Shown here in pieces: positions 1-11,791 of a stretch of DNA of 64,000 nt. Within the stretch, counting starts at the first letter, position 1. Each line of letters begins with the position of its first letter. Source of the stretch: Auanema rhodensis (lineage: Eukaryota; Animalia; Nematoda); assembly GCA_964057225.1 (NCBI GenBank), contig OZ059900.1:13206001-13270000 (forward strand), in the 5' to 3' direction. Under the pieces are notes generated by a model that was not told the DNA's origin, made no database searches, and saw nothing but the letters and a program-made list of their open reading frames with translations. The translations under genes were made by a program, and so were the position numbers.

Positions 1-281
1 TAGTATCTCTATCTAACCAGAGAACTTCTGAGTTGGAAATACATTTTGGAAAGCACACCATGAGTGTGCAATATTGAAAACTGTCTGTCTTAGTATGATT
101 ATATGACACTATAGATGCCAAAGCAAAACAAATTTGAATATGAACATGACGCGTCTTTTACATTATAGTTTGACCGGATAAAGCTTTGTATAGCTTTGTA
201 CACTGATCACATATTCGGCGATAGGCTAGAACAGTTCATAAGTTTCCTGAATAGATTTGGTTTAATTACCCAAGTTAGAGG
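1..281. repeat. Representative short (281-bp) monomer, two copies of the AGCTTTGTA(T/C) decamer
   Basis: Next monomer starts at 282. Decamer tract AGCTTTGTAT AGCTTTGTAC at 182-201. Confidence 0.97.
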
Positions 282-1144
282 TAGTATCTCTATCTAACCA
301 GAGAACTTCTGAGTTGGAAACACATTTTGGAAAGCACACCATGAGTGTGCAATATTGAAAACTGTCTGTCTTAGTATGATTATATGACACTATAGATGCC
401 AAAGCAAAACAAATTTGAATATGAACATGACGCGTCTTTTACATTATAGTTTCACCGGATAAAGCTTTGTATAGTTTTGTATAGCTTTGTACACTGATCA
501 CATATACGGCGATAGGCTAGAACAGTTCATAAGTTTCCTGAATAGATTTGGTTTAATTACCCAAGTTAGAGGTAGTATCTCTATCTAACCAGAGAACTTC
601 TGAGTTGGAAATACATTTTGGAAAGCACACCATGAGTGTGCATCATTGAAAACTGTCTGTCTTAGTATGATTATATGACACAATAGATGATTAAGCAATA
701 TGAATTTGATCATGAACATGACGCGTCTTTTACATTATAGTTTGGCAGGATAAACCTTTGTATAGCTTTGTATAGCTTTGTACACTGATCACATATACGG
801 CGATAGGCTAGAACAGTTCATAAGTTTCCTGAATAGATTTGGTTTGATTACCCAAGTTAGAGGTAGTATCTCTATCTAACCAGAGAACTTCTGAGTTGGA
901 AAAACATTTTGGAAAGCACACCATGAGTGTGCAATATTGAAAACTGTCTGTCTTAGTATGATTATATGACACTATAGATGCCAAAGCAAAACAAATTTGA
1001 ATATGAACATGACGCGTCTTTTACATTATAGTTTGACCGGATAAAGCTTTGTATAGCTTTGTACACTGATCACATATTCGGCGATAGGCTAGAACAGTTC
1101 ATAAGTTTCCTGAATAGATTTGGTTTAATTACCCAAGTTAGAGG

Positions 1145-4100
1145 TAGTATCTCTATCTAACCAGAGAACTTCTGAGTTGGAAATACATTTTGGAAAGCAC
1201 ACCATGAGTGTGCAATATTGAAAACTGTCTGTCTTAGTATGATTATATGACACTATAGATGCCAAAGCAAAACAAATTTGAATATGAACATGACGCGTCT
1301 TTTACATTATAGTTTGACCGGATAAAGCTTTGTATAGCTTCGTATAGCTTTGTACACTGATCACATATACGGCGATAGGCTAGAACAGTTTATAAGTTTC
1401 CTGAATAGATTTGGTTTAATTACCCAAGTTAGAGGTAGTATCTCAATCTAACCAGAGAACTTCTGAGTTGGAAATACATTTTGGAAAGCACACCATGAGT
1501 GTGCAATATTGAAAACTGTCTGTCTTAATATGATTATATGACACTATAGATGCCAAAGCAAAACAAATTTGAATATGAACATGACGCGTCTTTTACATTA
1601 TAGTTTCACCGGATAAAGCTTTGTATAGTTTTGTATAGCTTTGTACACTGATCACATATACGGCGATAGGCTAGAACAGTTCATAAGTTTCCTGAATAGA
1701 TTTGGTTTAATTACCCAAGTTAGAGGTAGTATCTCAATCTAACCAGAGAACTTCTGAGTTCGAAATACATTTTGGAAAGCACACCATGAGTGTGCAATAT
1801 TGAAAACTGTATGTCTTAGTATGATTATATGACACTATAGATGATTAAGCAATATGAATTTGATCATGAACATGACGCGTCTTTTACATTATAGTTTGGC
1901 AGGATAAACCTTTGTATAGCTTTGTATAGCTTTGTACACTGATCACATATACGGCGATAGGCTAGAACAGTTTATAAGTTTCCTGAATAGATTTGGTTTA
2001 ATTACCCAAGTTAGAGGTAGTATCTCAATCTAACCAGAGAACTTCTGAGTTGGAAATACATTTTGGAAAGCACACCATGAGTGTGCAATATTGAAAACTG
2101 TCTGTCTTAGTATGATTATATAACACTACAGATGCTAAAGCAAAATGAATTTGAATATGAACATGACGCGTCTTTTACATTATAGTTTGACCGGATAAAG
2201 CTTTGTATAGCTTTGTATAGCTTTGTACACTGATCACATATACGGCGATAGGCTAGAACAGTTCATAAGTTTCCTGAATAGATTTGGTTTAATTACCCAA
2301 GTTAGAGGTAGTATCTCTATCTAACCAGAGAACTTCTGAGTTGGAAATACATTTTGGAAAGCACACCATGAGTGTGCAATATTGAAAACTGTCTGTCTTA
2401 GTATGATTATATAACACTACAGATGTTAAAGCAAAATGAATTTGAATATGAACATGACGCGTCTTTTACATTATAGTTTGACCGGATAAAGCTTTGTATA
2501 GCTTTGTACACTGATCACATATACGGCGATAGGCTAGAACAGTTTATAAGTTTCCTGAATAGATTTGGTTTAATTACCCAAGTTAGAGGTAGTATCTCAA
2601 TCTAACCAGAGAACTTCTGAGTTGGAAATACATTTTGGAAAGCACACCATGAGTGTGCAATATTGAAAACTGTCTGTCTTAGTATGATTATATGACACTA
2701 TAGATGCCAAAGCAAAACAAATTTGAATATGAACATGACGCGTCTTTTACATTATAGTTTGACCGGATAAAGCTTTGTATAGCTTTGTACACTGATCACA
2801 TATTCGGCGATAGGCTAGAACAGTTCATAAGTTTCCTGAATAGATTTGGTTTAATTACCCAAGTTAGAGGTAGTATCTCTATCTAACCAGAGAACTTCTG
2901 AGTTGGAAATACATTTTGGAAAGCACACCATGAGTGTGCAATATTGAAAACTGTCTGTCTTAGTATGATTATATGACACTATAGATGCCAAAGCAAAACA
3001 AATTTGAATATGAACATGACGCGTCTTTTACATTATAGTTTGACCGGATAAAGCTTTGTATAGCTTCGTATAGCTTTGTACACTGATCACATATACGGCG
3101 ATAGGCTAGAACAGTTTATAAGTTTCCTGAATAGATTTGGTTTAATTACCCAAGTTAGAGGTAGTATCTCAATCTAACCAGAGAACTTCTGAGTTGGAAA
3201 TACATTTTGGAAAGCACACCATGAGTGTGCAATATTGAAAACTGTCTGTCTTAATATGATTATATGACACTATAGATGCCAAAGCAAAACAAATTTGAAT
3301 ATGAACATGACGCGTCTTTTACATTATAGTTTCACCGGATAAAGCTTTGTATAGTTTTGTATAGCTTTGTACACTGATCACATATACGGCGATAGGCTAG
3401 AACAGTTCATAAGTTTCCTGAATAGATTTGGTTTAATTACCCAAGTTAGAGGTAGTATCTCAATCTAACCAGAGAACTTCTGAGTTGGAAATACATTTTG
3501 GAAAGCACACCATGAGTGTGCAATATTGAAAACTGTCTGTCTTAGTATGATTATATAACACTACAGATGCTAAAGCAAAATGAATTTGAATATGAACATG
3601 ACGCGTCTTTTACATTATAGTTTTACCGGATAAAGCTTTGTATAGCTTTGTATAGCTTTGTACACTGATCACATATACGGCGATAGGCTAGAACAGTTCA
3701 TAAGTTTCCTGAATAGATTTGGTTTAATTACCCAAGTTAGAGGTAGTATCTCTATCTAACCAGAGAACTTCTGAGTTGGAAATACATTTTGGAAAGCACA
3801 CCATGAGTGTGCAATATTGAAAACTGTCTGTCTTAGTATGATTATATGACACTATAGATGCCAAAGCAAAACAAATTTGAATATGAACATGACGCGTCTT
3901 TTACATTATAGTTTGACCGGATAAAGCTTTGCATAGCTTTGTACACTGATCACATATACGGCGATAGGCTAGAACAGTTCATAAGTTTCCTGAATAGATT
4001 TGGTTTAATTACCCAAGTTAGAGGTAGTATCTCTATCTAACCAGAGAACTTCTGAGTTGGAAATACATTTTGGAAAGCACACCATGAGTGTGCAATATTG

Positions 4101-7100
4101 AAAACTGTCTGTCTTAGTATGATTATATAACACTACAGATGCTAAAGCAAAATGAATTTGAATATGAACATGACGCGTCTTTTACATTATAGTTTGACCG
4201 GATAAAGCTTTGTATAGCTTTGTATAGCTTTGTACACTGATCACATATACGGCGATAGGCTAGAACAGTTCATAAGTTTCCTGAATAGATTTGGTTTAAT
4301 TACCCAAGTTAGAGGTAGTATCTCTATCTAACCAGAGAACTTCTGAGTTGGAAATACATTTTGGAAAGCACACCATGAGTGTGCAATATTGAAAACTGTC
4401 TGTCTTAGTATGATTATATGACACTATAGATGCCAAAGCAAAACAAATTTGAATATGAACATGACGCGTCTTTTACATTATAGTTTGACCGGATAAAGCT
4501 TTGTATAGCTTTGTACACTGATCACATATTCGGCGATAGGCTAGAACAGTTCATAAGTTTCCTGAATAGATTTGGTTTAATTACCCAAGTTAGAGGTAGT
4601 ATCTCTATCTAACCAGAGAACTTCTGAGTTGGAAATACATTTTGGAAAGCACACCATGAGTGTGCAATATTGAAAACTGTCTGTCTTAGTATGATTATAT
4701 GACACTATAGATGCCAAAGCAAAACAAATTTGAATATGAACATGACGCGTCTTTTACATTATAGTTTGACCGGATAAAGCTTTGTATAGCTTTGTACACT
4801 GATCACATATTCGGCGATAGGCTAGAACAGTTCATAAGTTTCCTGAATAGATTTGGTTTAATTACCCAAGTTAGAGGTAGTATCTCTATCTAACCAGAGA
4901 ACTTCTGAGTTGGAAATACATTTTGGAAAGCACACCATGAGTGTGCAATATTGAAAACTGTCTGTCTTAGTATGATTATATGACACTATAGATGCCAAAG
5001 CAAAACAAATTTGAATATGAACATGACGCGTCTTTTACATTATAGTTTGACCGGATAAAGCTTTGTATAGCTTTGTACACTGATCACATATTCGGCGATA
5101 GGCTAGAACAGTTCATAAGTTTCCTGAATAGATTTGGTTTAATTACCCAAGTTAGAGGTAGTATCTCAATCTAACCAGAGAACTTCTGAGTTGGAAATAC
5201 ATTTTGGAAAGCACACCATGAGTGTGCAATATTGAAAACTGTCGGTCTTAATATGATTATATGACACTATAGATGCCAAAGCAAAACAAATTTGAATATG
5301 AACATGACGCGTCTTTTACATTATAGTTTCACCGGATAAAGCTTTGTATAGTTTTGTATAGCTTTGTACACTGATCACATATACGGCGATAGGCTAGAAC
5401 AGTTCATAAGTTTCCTGAATAGATTTGGTTTAATTACCCAAGTTAGAGGTAGTATCTCAATCTAACCAGAGAACTTCTGAGTTGGAAATACATTTTGGAA
5501 AGCACACCATGAGTGTGCATCATTGAAAACTGTCTGTCTTAGTATGATTATATGACACTATAGATGATTAAGCAATATGAATTTGATCATGAACATGACG
5601 CGTCTTTTACATTATAGTTTGGCAGGATAAACCTTTGTATAGCTTTGTATAGCTTTGTACACTGATCACATATACGGCGATAGGCTAGAACAGTTCATAA
5701 GTTTCCTGAATAGATTTGGTTTGATTACCCAAGTTAGAGGTAGTATCTCAATCTAACCAGAGAACTTCTGAGTTGGAAATACATTTTGGAAAGCACACCA
5801 CGAGTGTGCAATATTGAAAACTGTCTGTCTTAGTATGATTATATGACACTATAGATGCCAAAGCAAAACAAATTTGAATATGAACATGACGCGTCTTTTA
5901 CATTATAGTTTGGCAGGATAAAGCTTTGTATAGCTTTGTATAGCTTTGTACACTGATCACATATACGGCGATAGGCTAGAACAGTTTATAAGTTTCCTGA
6001 ATAGATTTGGTTTAATTACCCAAGTTAGAGGTAGTATCTCAATCTAACCAGAGAACTTCTGAGTTGGAAATACATTTTGGAAAGCACACCACGAGTGTGC
6101 AATATTGAAAACTGTCTGTCTTAGTATGATTATATGACACTATAGATGCCAAAGCAAAACAAATTTGAATATGAACATGACGCGTCTTTTACATTATAGT
6201 TTGACCGGATAAAGCTTTGCATAGCTTTGTACACTGATCACATATACGGCGATAGGCTAGAACAGTTCATAAGTTTCCTGAATAGATTTGGTTTAATTAC
6301 CCAAGTTAGAGGTAGTATCTCAATCTAACCAGAGAACTTCTGAGTTGGAAATACATTTTGGAAAACACACCACGAGTGTGCAATATTGAAAACTGTCTGT
6401 CTTAGTATGATTATATAACACTACAGATGCTAAAGCAAAATGAATTTGAATATGAACATGACGCGTCTTTTACATTATAGTTTGACAGGATAAAGCTTTG
6501 TATAGCTTTGTATAGCTTTGTACACTGATCACATATACGGCGATAGGCTAGAACAGTTCAAAAGTTTCCTGAATAGATTTGGTTTAATTACCCAAGTTAG
6601 AGGTAGTATCTCAATCTAACCAGAGAACTTCTGAGTTGGAAATACATTTTGGAAAGCACACCATGAGTGTGCAATATTGAAAACTGTCTGTCTTAATATG
6701 ATTATATGACACTATAGATGCCAAAGCAAAACAAATTTGAATATGAACATGACGCGTCTTTTACATTATAGTTTCACCGGATAAAGCTTTGTATAGTTTT
6801 GTATAGCTTTGTACACTGATCACATATACGGCGATAGGCTAGAACAGTTCATAAGTTTCCTGAATAGATTTGGTTTAATTACCCAAGTTAGAGGTAGTAT
6901 CTCAATCTAACCAGAGAACTTCTGAGTTGGAAATACATTTTGGAAAGCACACCACGAGTGTGCAATATTGAAAACTGTCTGTCTTAGTATGATTATATGA
7001 CACTATAGATGCCAAAGCAAAACAAATTTGAATATGAACATGACGCGTCTTTTACATTATAGTTTGACCGGATAAAGCTTTGTATAGCTTCGTATAGCTT

Positions 7101-10100
7101 TGTACACTGATCACATATACGGCGATAGGCTAGAACAGTTTATAAGTTTCCTGAATAGATTTGGTTTAATTACCCAAGTTAGAGGTAGTATCTCAATCTA
7201 ACCAGAGAACTTCTGAGTTGGAAATACATTTTGGAAAGCACACCATGAGTGTGCAATATTGAAAACTGTCTGTCTTAATATGATTATATGACACTATAGA
7301 TGCCAAAGCAAAACAAATTTGAATATGAACATGACGCGTCTTTTACATTATAGTTTCACCGGATAAAGCTTTGTATAGTTTTGTATAGCTTTGTACACTG
7401 ATCACATATACGGCGATAGGCTAGAACAGTTCATAAGTTTCCTGAATAGATTTGGTTTAATTACCCAAGTTAGAGGTAGTATCTCAATCTAACCAGAGAA
7501 CTTCTGAGTTGGAAATACATTTTGGAAAGCACACCATGAGTGTGCAATATTGAAAACTGTATGTCTTAGTATGATTATATGACACTATAGATGATTAAGC
7601 AATATGAATTTGATCATGAACATGACGCGTCTTTTACATTATAGTTTGGCAGGATAAACCTTTGTATAGCTTTGTATAGCTTTGTACACTGATCACATAT
7701 ACGGCGATAGGCTAGAACAGTTTATAAGTTTCCTGAATAGATTTGGTTTAATTACCCAAGTTAGAGGTAGTATCTCAATCTAACCAGAGAACTTCTGAGT
7801 TGGAAATACATTTTGGAAAGCACACCATGAGTGTGCAATATTGAAAACTGTCTGTCTTAGTATGATTATATAACACTACAGATGCTAAAGCAAAATGAAT
7901 TTGAATATGAACATGACGCGTCTTTTACATTATAGTTTGACCGGATAAAGCTTTGTATAGCTTTGTATAGCTTTGTACACTGATCACATATACGGCGATA
8001 GGCTAGAACAGTTCATAAGTTTCCTGAATAGATTTGGTTTAATTACCCAAGTTAGAGGTAGTATCTCTATCTAACCAGAGAACTTCTGAGTTGGAAATAC
8101 ATTTTGGAAAGCACACCATGAGTGTGCAATATTGAAAACTGTCTGTCTTAGTATGATTATATAACACTACAGATGTTAAAGCAAAATGAATTTGAATATG
8201 AACATGACGCGTCTTTTACATTATAGTTTGACCGGATAAAGCTTTGTATAGCTTTGTACACTGATCACATATACGGCGATAGGCTAGAACAGTTTATAAG
8301 TTTCCTGAATAGATTTGGTTTAATTACCCAAGTTAGAGGTAGTATCTCAATCTAACCAGAGAACTTCTGAGTTGGAAATACATTTTGGAAAGCACACCAT
8401 GAGTGTGCAATATTGAAAACTGTCTGTCTTAGTATGATTATATGACACTATAGATGCCAAAGCAAAACAAATTTGAATATGAACATGACGCGTCTTTTAC
8501 ATTATAGTTTGACCGGATAAAGCTTTGTATAGCTTTGTACACTGATCACATATTCGGCGATAGGCTAGAACAGTTCATAAGTTTCCTGAATAGATTTGGT
8601 TTAATTACCCAAGTTAGAGGTAGCATCTCTATCTAACCAGAGAACTTCTGAGTTGGAAATACATTTTGGAAAGCACACCATGAGTGTGCAATATTGAAAA
8701 CTGTCTGTCTTAGTATGATTATATGACACTATAGATGCCAAAGCAAAACAAATTTGAATATGAACATGACGCGTCTTTTACATTATAGTTTGACCGGATA
8801 AAGCTTTGTATAGCTTCGTATAGCTTTGTACACTGATCACATATACGGCGATAGGCTAGAACAGTTTATAAGTTTCCTGAATAGATTTGGTTTAATTACC
8901 CAAGTTAGAGGTAGTATCTCAATCTAACCAGAGAACTTCTGAGTTGGAAATACATTTTGGAAAGCACACCATGAGTGTGCAATATTGAAAACTGTCTGTC
9001 TTAATATGATTATATGACACTATAGATGCCAAAGCAAAACAAATTTGAATATGAACATGACGCGTCTTTTACATTATAGTTTCACCGGATAAAGCTTTGT
9101 ATAGTTTTGTATAGCTTTGTACACTGATCACATATACGGCGATAGGCTAGAACAGTTCATAAGTTTCCTGAATAGATTTGGTTTAATTACCCAAGTTAGA
9201 GGTAGTATCTCAATCTAACCAGAGAACTTCTGAGTTGGAAATACATTTTGGAAAGCACACCATGAGTGTGCAATATTGAAAACTGTATGTCTTAGTATGA
9301 TTATATGACACTATAGATGATTAAGCAATATGAATTTGATCATGAACATGACGCGTCTTTTACATTATAGTTTGGCAGGATAAACCTTTGTATAGCTTTG
9401 TATAGCTTTGTACACTGATCACATATACGGCGATAGGCTAGAACAGTTTATAAGTTTCCTGAATAGATTTGGTTTAATTACCCAAGTTAGAGGTAGTATC
9501 TCAATCTAACCAGAGAACTTCTGAGTTGGAAATACATTTTGGAAAGCACACCATGAGTGTGCAATATTGAAAACTGTCTGTCTTAGTATGATTATATAAC
9601 ACTACAGATGCTAAAGCAAAATGAATTTGAATATGAACATGACGCGTCTTTTACATTATAGTTTTACCGGATAAAGCTTTGTATAGCTTTGTATAGCTTT
9701 GTACACTGATCACATATACGGCGATAGGCTAGAACAGTTCATAAGTTTCCTGAATAGATTTGGTTTAATTACCCAAGTTAGAGGTAGTATCTCTATCTAA
9801 CCAGAGAACTTCTGAGTTGGAAATACATTTTGGAAAGCACACCATGAGTGTGCAATATTGAAAACTGTCTGTCTTAGTATGATTATATGACACTATAGAT
9901 GCCAAAGCAAAACAAATTTGAATATGAACATGACGCGTCTTTTACATTATAGTTTGACCGGATAAAGCTTTGCATAGCTTTGTACACTGATCACATATAC
10001 GGCGATAGGCTAGAACAGTTCATAAGTTTCCTGAATAGATTTGGTTTAATTACCCAAGTTAGAGGTAGTATCTCTATCTAACCAGAGAACTTCTGAGTTG

Positions 10101-11791
10101 GAAATACATTTTGGAAAGCACACCATGAGTGTGCAATATTGAAAACTGTCTGTCTTAGTATGATTATATAACACTACAGATGCTAAAGCAAAATGAATTT
10201 GAATATGAACATGACGCGTCTTTTACATTATAGTTTGACCGGATAAAGCTTTGTATAGCTTTGTATAGCTTTGTACACTGATCACATATACGGCGATAGG
10301 CTAGAACAGTTCATAAGTTTCCTGAATAGATTTGGTTTAATTACCCAAGTTAGAGGTAGTATCTCTATCTAACCAGAGAACTTCTGAGTTGGAAATACAT
10401 TTTGGAAAGCACACCATGAGTGTGCAATATTGAAAACTGTCTGTCTTAGTATGATTATATGACACTATAGATGCCAAAGCAAAACAAATTTGAATATGAA
10501 CATGACGCGTCTTTTACATTATAGTTTGACCGGATAAAGCTTTGTATAGCTTTGTACACTGATCACATATTCGGCGATAGGCTAGAACAGTTCATAAGTT
10601 TCCTGAATAGATTTGGTTTAATTACCCAAGTTAGAGGTAGTATCTCTATCTAACCAGAGAACTTCTGAGTTGGAAATACATTTTGGAAAGCACACCATGA
10701 GTGTGCAATATTGAAAACTGTCGGTCTTAATATGATTATATGACACTATAGATGCCAAAGCAAAACAAATTTGAATATGAACATGACGCGTCTTTTACAT
10801 TATAGTTTCACCGGATAAAGCTTTGTATAGTTTTGTATAGCTTTGTACACTGATCACATATACGGCGATAGGCTAGAACAGTTCATAAGTTTCCTGAATA
10901 GATTTGGTTTAATTACCCAAGTTAGAGGTAGTATCTCAATCTAACCAGAGAACTTCTGAGTTGGAAATACATTTTGGAAAGCACACCATGAGTGTGCATC
11001 ATTGAAAACTGTCTGTCTTAGTATGATTATATGACACTATAGATGATTAAGCAATATGAATTTGATCATGAACATGACGCGTCTTTTACATTATAGTTTG
11101 GCAGGATAAACCTTTGTATAGCTTTGTATAGCTTTGTACACTGATCACATATACGGCGATAAGCTAGAACAGTTCATAAGTTTCCTGAATAGATTTGGTT
11201 TGATTACCCAAGTTAGAGGTAGTATCTCAATCTAACCAGAGAACTTCTGAGTTGGAAATACATTTTGGAAAGCACACCACGAGTGTGCAATATTGAAAAC
11301 TGTCTGTCTTAGTATGATTATATGACACTATAGATGCCAAAGCAAAACAAATTTGAATATGAACATGACGCGTCTTTTACATTATAGTTTGGCAGGATAA
11401 AGCTTTGTATAGCTTTGTATAGCTTTGTACACTGATCACATATACGGCGATAGGCTAGAACAGTTTATAAGTTTCCTGAATAGATTTGGTTTAATTACCC
11501 AAGTTAGAGGTAGTATCTCAATCTAACCAGAGAACTTCTGAGTTGGAAATACATTTTGGAAAGCACACCACGAGTGTGCAATATTGAAAACTGTCTGTCT
11601 TAGTATGATTATATGACACTATAGATGCCAAAGCAAAACAAATTTGAATATGAACATGACGCGTCTTTTACATTATAGTTTGACCGGATAAAGCTTTGCA
11701 TAGCTTTGTACACTGATCACATATACGGCGATAGGCTAGAACAGTTCATAAGTTTCCTGAATAGATTTGGTTTAATTACCCAAGTTAGAGG
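1145..11791. repeat. Large imperfect block duplication (monomers 5-22 vs 25-41; initial offset 5750 bp, 20 monomers)
   Basis: Same order of diagnostic variants (CTTCGTA; TTAAT+TTTCACC; GTATGT+GATGATT; GATGCT; GATGTT; ... TTTTACC; TGCATAG; GTCGGTC; CATCATTG; GGCAGG) at 1145-6312 and 6895-11791. Confidence 0.88.
2018..2308. repeat. Representative long (291-bp) monomer, three copies of the decamer
   Basis: Monomer starts at 2018 and 2309. Contains AGCTTTGTAT AGCTTTGTAT AGCTTTGTAC. Confidence 0.97.

Noticed and set aside
25-44. CENP-B box resemblance (CTTCTGAGTTGGAAATACAT vs CTTCGTTGGAAACGGGA)
   Set aside because: Shares CTTC and GTTGGAAA but has a 3-bp insertion and lacks the essential TTCG and CGGG positions.
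149-154. ACGCGT as an MluI cell-cycle box, and TTCCTGAA or TTCTAGAA as heat-shock elements
   Set aside because: These are short motifs expected by chance, with no promoter or gene context. The heat-shock-like sites have only two in-register nGAAn units.
203-209. Satellite-encoded hammerhead ribozyme, as in newt, schistosome and cricket satellites
   Set aside because: The sequence is CTGATCA, not the required CTGANGA core. I saw no core on the minus strand and no supporting three-stem arrangement. An Infernal/Rfam scan of a monomer dimer would settle it.
1-281. Monomer as a diverged dimer of about 140-145 bp
   Set aside because: I could not align the two halves by eye. Only short internal repeats are evident (TTGGAAA at 33 and 46, TAGTAT at 1 and 91, the decamer).
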